Shown here piece after piece: positions 38,964 to 47,629 of a stretch of DNA of 64,000 nucleotides. The position numbers and the translations under genes are program-made. The stretch's first letter is position 1. Each line of letters opens with the position of its first letter. Source of the DNA: Xanthobacteraceae bacterium (GTDB taxonomy: Bacteria > Pseudomonadota > Alphaproteobacteria > Rhizobiales > Xanthobacteraceae); assembly GCA_035532335.1 (NCBI GenBank), contig DATKRE010000001.1, positions 3,555 through 67,554 on the forward strand. Reading direction: 5' to 3'. The notes below the pieces were generated by a model that searched no databases, was not told the origin of the DNA, and worked only from the letters and a program-made list of their open reading frames with translations.

Positions 38964-39692
38964 GTGCATCGGCTCACTCGGCGGCAGCTTTTGGGGTCGA
39001 GCGCGCTCGCGCTATTGCTGATCACCCCGGCTGCTCGTGCCACAATCATCAAGGGCGGCTTACCGTGGAAGCCAGGATCGGCTGATCCGCCGACCGCGGT
39101 AAAACCCGGCGGTTGGTATTATTTTACGCCGCAAGAAGCCAAGACCGTCGAGGCATTTGTCGATCGGCTTATTCCCGCCGACGAACTCTCGGCGGGCGGC
39201 AAGGAGACCGGCTGCGCTGTCTTCATCGATCGACAGCTCGCCGGGCCCTATGGCCGGTTCGAGGGCCATTACATGAGCGGGCCCTTCCAGAAGGGTACCA
39301 AGCAGCAAGGTCCGCAATCGCCAGTCACGCCGGCTCAGCATTATCGCAAGGCATTGGCAGCGTTCGATGCCGCCTGCCGTGAAAAGTTCGGCGGCAAAGC
39401 TTTCGTCGATCTCACCGACGCGCAGAAAGACGAAGCGATCCGGGGCCTCGAGGACGGCTCCCTCAAGCTGGCCGGTACCGATGCGCAGGACTTCTTCAAG
39501 CTCATCCTCAAGAACACACAGAACGGCTTTCTCGCCGACCCGATCTACGGCGGCAACAAGAACATGGCGTCATGGAAGATGATCGGTTTTCCGGGCGCGC
39601 ACTACGACTATCGCGACTGGATCGACCGGCATAATCAGCGCGTCACGCTGACGCCGGTCGGTATCAATAATCACCCCGATTGGACGCAGTAG
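38964..39692 (+). CDS. gluconate 2-dehydrogenase subunit 3 family protein (small Tat-exported subunit)
   Basis: The twin-arginine signal is HRLTRRQLLGSSALALL. FLADPIYGGNKNMASWKMIGFPG is typical of this family. The GTG start at 38964 is preferred to the upstream start used in the ORF track. Confidence 0.8.
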   Translation: MHRLTRRQLLGSSALALLLITPAARATIIKGGLPWKPGSADPPTAVKPGGWYYFTPQEAKTVEAFVDRLIPADELSAGGKETGCAVFIDRQLAGPYGRFEGHYMSGPFQKGTKQQGPQSPVTPAQHYRKALAAFDAACREKFGGKAFVDLTDAQKDEAIRGLEDGSLKLAGTDAQDFFKLILKNTQNGFLADPIYGGNKNMASWKMIGFPGAHYDYRDWIDRHNQRVTLTPVGINNHPDWTQ

Positions 39693-39710
39693 ATCCCGAC
39701 AGGAGCCTCG

Positions 39711-41489
39711 ATGGCGCGCAGACTTCCGCATAAAGACGTGGTCATCATCGGGCTCGGTTGGACCGGCTCGATTCTCGCCAACGAGTTGACGGACGAGGGC
39801 CTCGATGTGGTCGCGATCGAACGCGGTCCCTGGCGCGACACCGCGACCGACTTCCCGATCTCTTATGCCCAGGATGAGTTGCGCTATCGTATCCGGCATG
39901 AACTGTTCCTGCGCAATTCGCAGATGTCCGTAACGTTCCGCAATAAAGCGAACCAGACCGCCCTGCCGGTGAGGAGCTGGGGCGCCTTCATGCTCGGCAA
40001 CGGCGTCGGTGGCGCCGGTGTTCATTGGAATGCCGAGACTTGGCGTTTCCTGCCAACAGACTTCACGCTCAGAAGCCATCTGACGCAACGGTACGGCGCA
40101 AAATTTTTGCCGGACGATATGACGATTCAGGATTGGGGCGTCACGTTCGACGATCTCGAACCGTATTATGATCAGTTCGAGTATTTGTGCGGCACGTCTG
40201 GCACCGCCGGCAATCTCGGCGGCAAAATCCAGGATGGCGGTAACCCGTTCGAAGGCGTGCGCTCGCGTCCCTATCCGACGCCGGCGATGAAGCAGGGCTA
40301 CGGCCACACGCTGTTCGCCGAGGGAGCGAAGAAGCTCGGCTATAAGCCGTTTCCGCAGCCATCCGGAAACCTCTCGCAGTCCTACACGAATTCGCTCGGC
40401 GTCACCCTCGGCCAATGCACCTTTTGCGGCTTCTGCGAATGGTTCGGCTGCGCCAATTATTCCAAAGCGACCCCGCAGACCACGGTTCTGCCCGTGCTCT
40501 TGCGCAAATCGAATTTCGAAGGCCGTACCGACTGCGAGGTTACCAAGATCAACCTCGACAATACCGGCAAGCGCGCAACCGGCGTGACCTATGTCAATTC
40601 ATCCGGCGAAGAATTCGAGCAACGGGCCGATCTTGTGGTTCTTTGCGCGTTCTCGCTGTTCAACGTGCAGCTTCTTTTGCTGTCGGGCATCGGCACGCCG
40701 TACGATCCGCAGACTGGGCAAGGTCAGATCGGGCGCAACTTTACACATCAGACCGTGGCGGGGGGATTGGGCTTTTTCGACAAGGACAAATACAACTTCA
40801 ATCCGTTCATCTCCGCCGGCGCCATCGGCATGTGCATCGACGAATTCAACGGCGACAATTTCGATCACGGCCCGCTCGGTTTCGTCGGCGGCGGCTATAT
40901 CGGTCAGGTGCAGACCAACGGCCGGCCAATTGAGACCACCGCGGTCCCGCCGGACACCCCGGCCTGGGGATCGAAATGGAAGCGGGCGATCAAGGATAAT
41001 TATCTCTCGACCATCAATGTCGGCGCCGCTTGCCACGGCTCGATGTACAGCTATCGCGACAATTATCTCAGCCTCGATCCGACCTACAAAGACCGCTTCG
41101 GACGGCCGCTCGTGCGCATCACGCTCGATTTCCACGACAACGAAATCAAGATGAGCAATTTCCTCTTGGATAAATATGCCCAAATCCTGCAAGCGATGGG
41201 TGCAAAACAAGTCGTCAAGCATCCCCGCGAGGCGCCTTACGATGTCACCGCCTACCAGACTTCGCATCTCAACGGCGGCGCGATCATGGGTGACAATCCC
41301 GGCGACAGCGCGCTCAACCGCTATCTGCAAAGCTGGGACGTGCCCAATCTGTTCGTCATGGGCGCCAGCGCTTATCCGCAAAACGCCGGCTACAATCCGA
41401 CCGGCACGGTCGGCGCGCTGGCCTACTGGTCGTCTCACGCAATCCGCTCACAATATCTCAAGAATCCGGGACCGCTCGTTCATGCCTGA
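39711..41489 (+). CDS. GMC family flavoprotein dehydrogenase (large subunit of a membrane-bound sugar/polyol dehydrogenase)
   Basis: FAD-binding N-terminus DVVIIGLGWTGSILANEL. 592 aa, with a GMC C-terminal domain. Confidence 0.9.
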   Translation: MARRLPHKDVVIIGLGWTGSILANELTDEGLDVVAIERGPWRDTATDFPISYAQDELRYRIRHELFLRNSQMSVTFRNKANQTALPVRSWGAFMLGNGVGGAGVHWNAETWRFLPTDFTLRSHLTQRYGAKFLPDDMTIQDWGVTFDDLEPYYDQFEYLCGTSGTAGNLGGKIQDGGNPFEGVRSRPYPTPAMKQGYGHTLFAEGAKKLGYKPFPQPSGNLSQSYTNSLGVTLGQCTFCGFCEWFGCANYSKATPQTTVLPVLLRKSNFEGRTDCEVTKINLDNTGKRATGVTYVNSSGEEFEQRADLVVLCAFSLFNVQLLLLSGIGTPYDPQTGQGQIGRNFTHQTVAGGLGFFDKDKYNFNPFISAGAIGMCIDEFNGDNFDHGPLGFVGGGYIGQVQTNGRPIETTAVPPDTPAWGSKWKRAIKDNYLSTINVGAACHGSMYSYRDNYLSLDPTYKDRFGRPLVRITLDFHDNEIKMSNFLLDKYAQILQAMGAKQVVKHPREAPYDVTAYQTSHLNGGAIMGDNPGDSALNRYLQSWDVPNLFVMGASAYPQNAGYNPTGTVGALAYWSSHAIRSQYLKNPGPLVHA

Positions 41490-42762
41490 GAACAAAAGGT
41501 CACTTGTGGAGCTGGCGCGCCCGCTACTGCTTGCTGCCGCACTGAGCGTGCCGGCGGGCGCCGTCGCGGCGGCCGGCGTCGACAAGCAGGATTTCAGCCA
41601 GATTCAACGCGGTCACTACCTTGCCATCGTCGGCGATTGCGCTGCGTGCCATACGCTGCCTGGCAGCGGACATGCTCTTGCTGGCGGACGGCCGATCGAA
41701 ACGCCGTTCGGCACCATGTTTGCGCCCAACATCACGCCCGATCCGACGACCGGCGTCGGTGCGTGGACCGATCAGGAATTCGTCGACGCGATGACGAAAG
41801 GTACCGGCCGCAACGGAATGCACCTCTATCCGGCCATGCCGTATACCTACTACACAAAAGTCACGCGTGATGACGCGCTCGCGATCCGCGCTTATCTCAA
41901 TACCGTGCCGGCGGTGCACAACCCGGTCAAAGCCGATCAATTGCCGTTTCCGTTCAACATTCGTGCTTCGATGATTGTTTGGAACGAACTGTTTTTTTCA
42001 CCTGAACAATTTCAGCAGCGCGCCGACAAAAGCGACGAATGGAACCGAGGCGCTTATCTCGCCGAAGGTCTGGGCCATTGTGGGCTTTGTCACACGCCGA
42101 AGAATTTTATGGGCGGCGACAAAACAAGCGAGCGCCTGCAAGGTTACGCGTTGCAAGGTTGGTTCGCTTCCGACATCACCAATGACCGTCGTCGCGGAAT
42201 TGGCGGCTGGTCTGTCGACGAAATCGCCGATTATCTCAAAACCGGCCACGGCCGAAAGACTCTTGGTACCGGCCTGATGGCGGAGACGATCAGTCAGTCG
42301 ACGTCGAATATGACCGACGCCGATCTTAAGGCGATCGCGGTCTATCTGAAGGATCAACCCGGCCAAAGCGCCAACGAAAATCAAGATCGAACTCAGGCCG
42401 TCGCTGCGGACCAGGCGATCATGAAGCGCGGCGCCAGGATCTATGCAGACGAATGCTCCGGCTGCCATGCCGGCAACGGCAAAGGGATTGAGCATTTATT
42501 TCCCGCACTCGATGGCTCGTCGGTAATTCAGCAGACCGATCCGACCTCGCTCATGCACGTGGTGTTGCGCGGCGCTCGTAGCGTTGGCACTGACAAGGCG
42601 CCAACCGCTGCGGCCATGCCGGAATTCGGCTGGCTGCTCAACGACAGTCAGGTCGCCGCCGTTTTGACTTATATCCGCAACTCTTGGGGCAATGCGGCGC
42701 CGGCTGTGAGCGCCGACGAAGTGCGCAAGGCGCGCCACGTCTTGGTCCAGCGGAGCGACTAG
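41482..42762 (+). CDS. triheme cytochrome c subunit
   Basis: It has a signal peptide and three CxxCH motifs (CAACH, CGLCH, CSGCH). The ATG at 41482 overlaps the GMC gene stop (ATGCCTGA). Confidence 0.9.
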   Translation: MPENKRSLVELARPLLLAAALSVPAGAVAAAGVDKQDFSQIQRGHYLAIVGDCAACHTLPGSGHALAGGRPIETPFGTMFAPNITPDPTTGVGAWTDQEFVDAMTKGTGRNGMHLYPAMPYTYYTKVTRDDALAIRAYLNTVPAVHNPVKADQLPFPFNIRASMIVWNELFFSPEQFQQRADKSDEWNRGAYLAEGLGHCGLCHTPKNFMGGDKTSERLQGYALQGWFASDITNDRRRGIGGWSVDEIADYLKTGHGRKTLGTGLMAETISQSTSNMTDADLKAIAVYLKDQPGQSANENQDRTQAVAADQAIMKRGARIYADECSGCHAGNGKGIEHLFPALDGSSVIQQTDPTSLMHVVLRGARSVGTDKAPTAAAMPEFGWLLNDSQVAAVLTYIRNSWGNAAPAVSADEVRKARHVLVQRSD

Positions 42763-42809
42763 CGCGGCGTGTACTTGAATCCGGTTTGATGTCCGCTTGG
42801 CTCCGGGAG

Positions 42810-42960
42810 GCAATCGCAACCGAACGATCCGTTGCCCACTTTATCGAGCCCGGAACCCGTCGAGCGGTTCTTTTAATAAGATCAAACAGTATCGGCGTGT
42901 CGCGACGCGCTACCACAAGCGGCGAACGACCTGGCCATCAATACGCTTAGCTTTAGGTCG
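42810..42960 (+). pseudogene. remnant of the C-terminal end of an IS5-family (DDE_Tnp_1) transposase, with frameshifts
   Basis: Translations across two frames give NRNRTIRCPLYRARN / VERFF / NKIKQYRRVATRYHK, which matches the conserved LYxxRNxVERFFNKIKxxRRxATRYDK tail of IS5-group transposases. No upstream part is present. Confidence 0.55.
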
Positions 42961-42982
42961 CGGAAGTCGACGGAGGCCGCCG

Positions 42983-43168
42983 TTACACGAAGTAGAAGAG
43001 GTAGACGATGGCAAAGGCGATCACCACCGCCGCGATGCTAAATCCAAGCACGTAGCGGACGTTGTGGCCCATAACGGCTTGCCGTGCCTGCGCGGCTGGA
43101 ATGCCGGGCTGCCCCGCCGTTCGACGATCGGCCTCTTTATACTCAGGTGCGCGTGTTTCGGTGCTCAT
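42983..43168 (-). CDS. small membrane protein (61 aa, single C-terminal TM helix)
   Basis: The ORF has the hydrophobic tail YVLGFSIAAVVIAFAIVYLFYFV. An EcfG-type promoter lies 40 nt upstream. Confidence 0.5.
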   Translation of the reverse strand: MSTETRAPEYKEADRRTAGQPGIPAAQARQAVMGHNVRYVLGFSIAAVVIAFAIVYLFYFV

Positions 43169-43207
43169 GGGCGGTCTCTCAATTCATGTTACCTTTTGCC
43201 GGCTGAC

Positions 43208-43233
43208 AACCGGCTTGCCACCGTCTTTGTTCC
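43208..43233 (-). promoter_or_regulatory. EcfG-type promoter motif GGAAC-N17-GGTT facing the 61-aa membrane protein gene
   Basis: The minus strand reads acGGAACaaagacggtggcaagccGGTTgtc. Confidence 0.5.
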
Positions 43234-43351
43234 GTCATTGGCGAATCGGAATCCATCTGATGTTCCTTTCCAATTTGCCAATTGTGGGATGAGAAGAGAA
43301 CATTGCCTGCGGCGGGAAGTTCCTCGCGTAGGTTCTGTTCCCGGCTCAAGT

Positions 43352-43388
43352 AAAAGCGCGCGCCTCTGCGTCGGAGGCGCGCGTTTTG
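43352..43388 (-). terminator. rho-independent (bidirectional-looking) terminator after the DUF892 gene
   Basis: The sequence is AAAAG-CGCGCGCCTC-loop-GAGGCGCGCG-TTTT. The GC-rich 10-bp stem is flanked by an A-run and a T-run. Confidence 0.7.
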
Positions 43389-43402
43389 TCGTGATGCTGA
43401 AA

Positions 43403-43906
43403 TCAAGCGGCTTTTCTATTCACCTGGCTTTCCGCCATTTCGGTGAGCTTTTTATCGGTGGCCTTCTCCTCGGCGAGGGTCTGCTGCAAAAGCGAGACGC
43501 AATCGTGCTTGCCAAGCTGGTTCGCCCAGGCGATCAGGGTGCCGTAGCGGGTTATTTCATAGTGCTCGACAGCCTGCGCTGCCGCAATCAAGGCGGCGTC
43601 GAGCACCGGCTTTTGCGCGACTTCGCCGGCGACGTCGTTGGCCTCTTCGATGATGCCGTCGATGGCCGGGCAATCCACTCCTTTTGCCTTTTGGCCGATC
43701 AACTGAAATACCTGTTCCAGCCGCTTCACGTGGTTTTCGGTTTGCTGAAGATGATTTTGAAAACCACCCTTAAGTTGCGGGTCGGTGGCCTTCTCGATCA
43801 TATCCGGCAGCGCTTTTACGATTTGCTGCTCTGCATAATAGATGTCGCACAGCGAGTGCACGAACAAGTCGTTCATATTTTTGATGTCTTTCGAGAACAA
43901 TCCCAT
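43403..43906 (-). CDS. ferritin-like YciE/YciF (DUF892) family stress protein
   Basis: Contains LFVHSLCDIYYAEQQIVKALPDMIEKA...HLQQTENHVKRLEQVF...EHYEITRYGTLIAWA. Confidence 0.85.
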   Translation of the reverse strand: MGLFSKDIKNMNDLFVHSLCDIYYAEQQIVKALPDMIEKATDPQLKGGFQNHLQQTENHVKRLEQVFQLIGQKAKGVDCPAIDGIIEEANDVAGEVAQKPVLDAALIAAAQAVEHYEITRYGTLIAWANQLGKHDCVSLLQQTLAEEKATDKKLTEMAESQVNRKAA

Positions 43907-43977
43907 GACGTTCGGTTCCTTTGCTTTGGGTGTGAGGCAGCGGCGCGCAGGTCTTCCCGGCAGCCGCTACTGAGTGC

Positions 43978-44002
43978 AACGTGCCGCAGCAAAGGCGGTT
44001 CC
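43978..44002 (-). promoter_or_regulatory. EcfG-type promoter motif GGAAC-N16-CGTT facing the DUF892 gene
   Basis: The minus strand reads gcagcGGAACcgcctttgctgcggcaCGTTgcactc. The motif is 72 nt upstream of the ATG at 43906. Confidence 0.6.
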
Positions 44003-44043
44003 GCTGCGCCCCGCGTGGCAGCCGTGGGATTGTAAGTTTTACT

Positions 44044-44517
44044 TCAGTGGAATTCGGGAATGGAACTTCCGGTGCGGCGGGGAGTGTCGGGCGGCTGCTC
44101 GTTCAGTACCAGCCAATAGAGTCCCAGTTGGACCACCGCCTGCGCGAATTCGTTGAAATCGACCGGCTTGCGGACGTAGCTGTTGGCGCCGAGGCTATAA
44201 CCCTGCAAGCGGTCTTTATCCTCCACCGAGGTCGTCAGGATGACCACGGGCAGCAAACGGGTGCGCTCGTCGCTGCGGATGCGACGCAGCACCTCATGAC
44301 CGTCGATTTTCGGCAGCTTCAGATCCAGCAATATAAGCTGCGGCAGCTCATTGCGGTTGCCGTCGGCGCCGGTGCCAAGAAGATAGTCGATGGCCTGGAC
44401 CCCGTCGCGTGCCACGGCCACACGATTGCCGATGTTGGCCTTCTTGAGCGCCCGCAGCGTCAAGGCTTCGTCTTTCTGATTGTCCTCCACGAGAAGGATG
44501 GCCGGCTCTTGCGTCAT
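44044..44517 (-). CDS. single-domain response regulator (CheY-like), last gene of the Che-like cluster
   Basis: REC domain with ILLVEDNQKDE...LILLDLKLPKIDG...YVRKP. ATGA overlap with the upstream kinase gene. Confidence 0.9.
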   Translation of the reverse strand: MTQEPAILLVEDNQKDEALTLRALKKANIGNRVAVARDGVQAIDYLLGTGADGNRNELPQLILLDLKLPKIDGHEVLRRIRSDERTRLLPVVILTTSVEDKDRLQGYSLGANSYVRKPVDFNEFAQAVVQLGLYWLVLNEQPPDTPRRTGSSIPEFH

Positions 44518-46553
44518 TGCGTCCCCCAGATTAATGCCGCGCTTGCGGGTCCGATTGCATGCGTAGCGGGCTCGGCCGCCAAGCGCTGATCGTCCCCAAG
44601 CGTAAAGAAGAAAGTGGCGCCGCTGTCGACGGCGGCTTCCGCCCAGATGCGGCCGCCGTGCCGGCGGATCACCCGCCGAACTGTCGCCAGTCCGATGCCG
44701 GTACCTTCGAACTCGCTCTTCGTGTGTAGCCGCTGGAACATGCCGAATAGCTTGCCGGCATAAGCCATGTCGAAGCCTGCGCCATTGTCGCGAACGAAGA
44801 AGGTGCGGCCGTCATTATCGGCCATGCCGACTTCGATATGGGCTCGCTTCCGGTGTCCGGTATATTTCCAGGCGTTGCCAAGCAGGTTCTCGAACGCGAT
44901 GGTCAATAGCCGGGCATCGCCTTCGGCGGTCAGGCCATCCGCTACGGTGAAGTCAACGTCGCGGCCCGGCGTGGCGCGCGCAAGTTCCGCGGAGACCTTG
45001 GATGCGATTTCGCTTAAGTTGACGTTGGCGCGCTCAAATTCGACGCGAGTGACCTGCGCCAGCGCCAGCATGTCGTCGATCAGTTGCGACATTTGCTGGG
45101 CGGATTCCCGCACGTAAGCCAGGTACTGCTTGCCGTCGTCGTCGAGTTTGTCCGCGTAGTCCTCCAGGAGCGCCAGTCCAAACCCGTCGATGCTGCGCAA
45201 CGGTGCGCGCAAATCATGGGCGACGGAATGGCTGAAAGACTCAAGTTCTTCATTCTTGGCCTCGAGTTCGGCGACGAGCTTGGCGCGTTCTTCCGCCATC
45301 TCGCGCGCCGTGCGCGCCTCGATTGCCTCCAGTTCGGCGCGCAAAAGCTGTTCGCGGATACGGCGGGTCTCGTCCTCGAATTGCTTGCGCCGGATCTGGG
45401 CCAGCACGCGCGCGCGCACCAGATCGAAATCGCTTGATTTGGCGATGTAATCGTCAGCGCCGGCGGTAAGTCCTCGAATCATCGCCGCGCGATCCTCGAC
45501 CGCGGTCAACATGAGCACCGGAATGTCGCGGATGTCGGGTGCCAGTTTGATGCGCCGGCAGGTTTCCCGGCCGCCCATGCCAGGCATCATCAGATCGAGC
45601 AGAATGCAATCGACCGGCTGGACCGCAAGCAATTGCAACGCTTCCTCGCCTGAGCGTGCCAACACCAGCTCGTAGCCATCCGAGCGCAATGCATCGGCAA
45701 GCTGCTGCAGGTAGGTTTCGCTGTCATCGACCGCGAGAATCTTTTTCGGCGCCAGCAGACTTGTGGCGCCGTGTGCGTCCATCTGAGCTTCCAACCGGCC
45801 GCCGGCGCTTCGCAACACGGCTTTCAGCCGGGCGATGACGAGCGCGACATCTTCGTCTTTACGAACGAATGCATCGGCCCCCGCATCAAGCGCGTGCATC
45901 TCGGCGCCGCGATCTTCCGACGCGGTGAGAAGAAGGCAGGGCAGGCCGCGCAACGCCGCGTCCAGCCTGATCCTTCGGATGACGGTGGCGCCGTCGATGC
46001 CCGGTAATTGACCGTCAACGACGATGGCGGTGGGTCGCTGATCGGAGGCGAGCCGCAATCCGTCTTCGCCGTTGTCGCTCACGATCACGCGGTAGGAGGC
46101 CGCCTCGAGCGCCGCTTTCAAAGCCTCGCGAAACGTCAGGCTGTCGTCGATGACCAGCACGCTCTCCACGCCAGCGGGTGCGGCCGACACATGCAGCCGG
46201 GCGAGTTCGCGCGCGCGCGCGACAATGTAGTTGGGATCGTAGGGCTTGCCGACATACTCATCCGCTCCGGTGGAGAGGCCGCGCACGCGGTCGCGCACTT
46301 CCGCTTCAGTCGACAACAGCATGACGGCAGTATCGTTGGCGGACGGCATCGCGCGGATATCCCTGAGCAGTTCAATTCCGTCGCCATCCGGCAACAGAAT
46401 ATCGAGGATCACCAGCGCGAAATGCTGCTCGGCGAGCTTGCGCCGCGCTTCCTCCAAAGTCGCGCAAGCCACGGCTGGAAGCGCCGCCGCGTCGAGGATC
46501 TCGGTCAAATTCATGCGGACGGTCAGGCTGTCATCGACCACGAGAACGCTCAT
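44514..46553 (-). CDS. hybrid histidine kinase with three N-terminal receiver domains, coiled coil, HisKA and HATPase
   Basis: REC1 has VLVVDDSLTV...ILDILLPDGDG. REC2 has VLVIDDSLTF...VVDGQLPGIDG. REC3 has ILAVDDSETY...LLDLMMPGMGG. The H-box is FSHSVAHDLRAPLRS and the G-box is GTGIGLATV. Confidence 0.9.
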   Translation of the reverse strand: MSVLVVDDSLTVRMNLTEILDAAALPAVACATLEEARRKLAEQHFALVILDILLPDGDGIELLRDIRAMPSANDTAVMLLSTEAEVRDRVRGLSTGADEYVGKPYDPNYIVARARELARLHVSAAPAGVESVLVIDDSLTFREALKAALEAASYRVIVSDNGEDGLRLASDQRPTAIVVDGQLPGIDGATVIRRIRLDAALRGLPCLLLTASEDRGAEMHALDAGADAFVRKDEDVALVIARLKAVLRSAGGRLEAQMDAHGATSLLAPKKILAVDDSETYLQQLADALRSDGYELVLARSGEEALQLLAVQPVDCILLDLMMPGMGGRETCRRIKLAPDIRDIPVLMLTAVEDRAAMIRGLTAGADDYIAKSSDFDLVRARVLAQIRRKQFEDETRRIREQLLRAELEAIEARTAREMAEERAKLVAELEAKNEELESFSHSVAHDLRAPLRSIDGFGLALLEDYADKLDDDGKQYLAYVRESAQQMSQLIDDMLALAQVTRVEFERANVNLSEIASKVSAELARATPGRDVDFTVADGLTAEGDARLLTIAFENLLGNAWKYTGHRKRAHIEVGMADNDGRTFFVRDNGAGFDMAYAGKLFGMFQRLHTKSEFEGTGIGLATVRRVIRRHGGRIWAEAAVDSGATFFFTLGDDQRLAAEPATHAIGPASAALIWGTQ

Positions 46554-47629
46554 GCGCGCATCTCCATCGGGGCGTATTGCAGAGTACCCAGACGCGTTCC
46601 GATCTCACCAAGGCGCAAAACCTCCGTGGCCGCGCCAAGGTTGACCGCCTCGCGCGGCATGCCATAGACGACGGAGGTTGTCTCGTCTTGCGCGATGGTA
46701 AATCCGCCGGCTTGGCGGATCTTCAGGAGTCCGAGCGCGCCGTCACGGCCCATTCCGGTGAGTAAGCAGGCAATCGCCTGGGCGCCGTATTCGGCGGCGA
46801 CCGACTCGAACAACACGTCGACAGAAGGCCGGCAAGAATGCCGTTCTGCGTCTTCGGTCAGCCGCAGACGGTGATCGCGGACGACCAAATGGTGAGTCCC
46901 CGGTGCCACAACGACCTGACCGGCGGCTTCGGCAATCGGGATTCCATCGCGTGCATGGCGCACCGGACGATTGGTCTGGCCGTCGAGCCAATCGGCAAAT
47001 GCCGCCCCAAACGGTTCGCTGATATGCAGCACCAGCAAAATCGGCAGACGAAACTCCGCCGGTAGCGCGCGCAAAACCTGAAGGACCGCACTTGGTCCGC
47101 CGGTCGAGGCGCCGATGGCGACCATTCGATAGGCGGGTTGCGCGAGCGCTGCCGCGCGCGAGGGTGTTTTGGAGGTTGGTTCTTGCCCGGTCAGTGCCGC
47201 CAAACGGGCGCGCGGATGAGTGATGACGCGGATCCTCGCGATCCGCTTCACCGCCGTAATGAATTGCTGCTCCCACGTGCCTCCGGTATCGCGGCCGGTG
47301 GGCTTTTCCAGCACGTCGACCGCGCCGGCGGCGAGCGCCTCGTAAATTTTGAATAATTCGCCACGATTGATCGAAGCCGACACGATGAGGATCGGAGTCG
47401 GAAAATGCGCCATGATGTATTCGGTGGCGGCAAGGCCGCTCATGAGCGGCATCACCATGTCCATGGTGATCACGTCCGGCCGCGTCCTTGTGCACAACTC
47501 GATCGCGCGCTTGCCGTCCTCGGCCTCGCCGACGACCTCGAAATCCGGGTGATTGCGGAGAATCTCGACAAGGCTGCCGCGAACTGTTGCGGAATCATCG
47601 GCGACGAGGACGCGAAGTTTTTTCGTCAC
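46550..47629 (-). CDS. cheB: chemotaxis response regulator protein-glutamate methylesterase
   Basis: REC (RVLVADDSATVRG...VITMDMVMPLMSG) plus a CheB catalytic domain (VAIGASTGGP). The GTG at 47629 overlaps the cheA stop (GTGA). Confidence 0.9.
   Translation of the reverse strand: MTKKLRVLVADDSATVRGSLVEILRNHPDFEVVGEAEDGKRAIELCTRTRPDVITMDMVMPLMSGLAATEYIMAHFPTPILIVSASINRGELFKIYEALAAGAVDVLEKPTGRDTGGTWEQQFITAVKRIARIRVITHPRARLAALTGQEPTSKTPSRAAALAQPAYRMVAIGASTGGPSAVLQVLRALPAEFRLPILLVLHISEPFGAAFADWLDGQTNRPVRHARDGIPIAEAAGQVVVAPGTHHLVVRDHRLRLTEDAERHSCRPSVDVLFESVAAEYGAQAIACLLTGMGRDGALGLLKIRQAGGFTIAQDETTSVVYGMPREAVNLGAATEVLRLGEIGTRLGTLQYAPMEMRA

Noticed and set aside
43262-43341. Three further GTTCC pentamers upstream of the 61-aa gene, tested as EcfG -35 boxes
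   Set aside because: None has (C/G)GTT at a 16-17 nt spacing; the best is TGTT. Only the 43208-43233 match was retained.
42797-44035. 412-aa plus-strand ORF spanning 42.8-44.0 kb
   Set aside because: It runs antisense through the 61-aa membrane protein and DUF892 genes and across a terminator, and its translation is compositionally noisy. Only its first 50 or so codons are meaningful, as an IS5 transposase remnant, which is reported separately.
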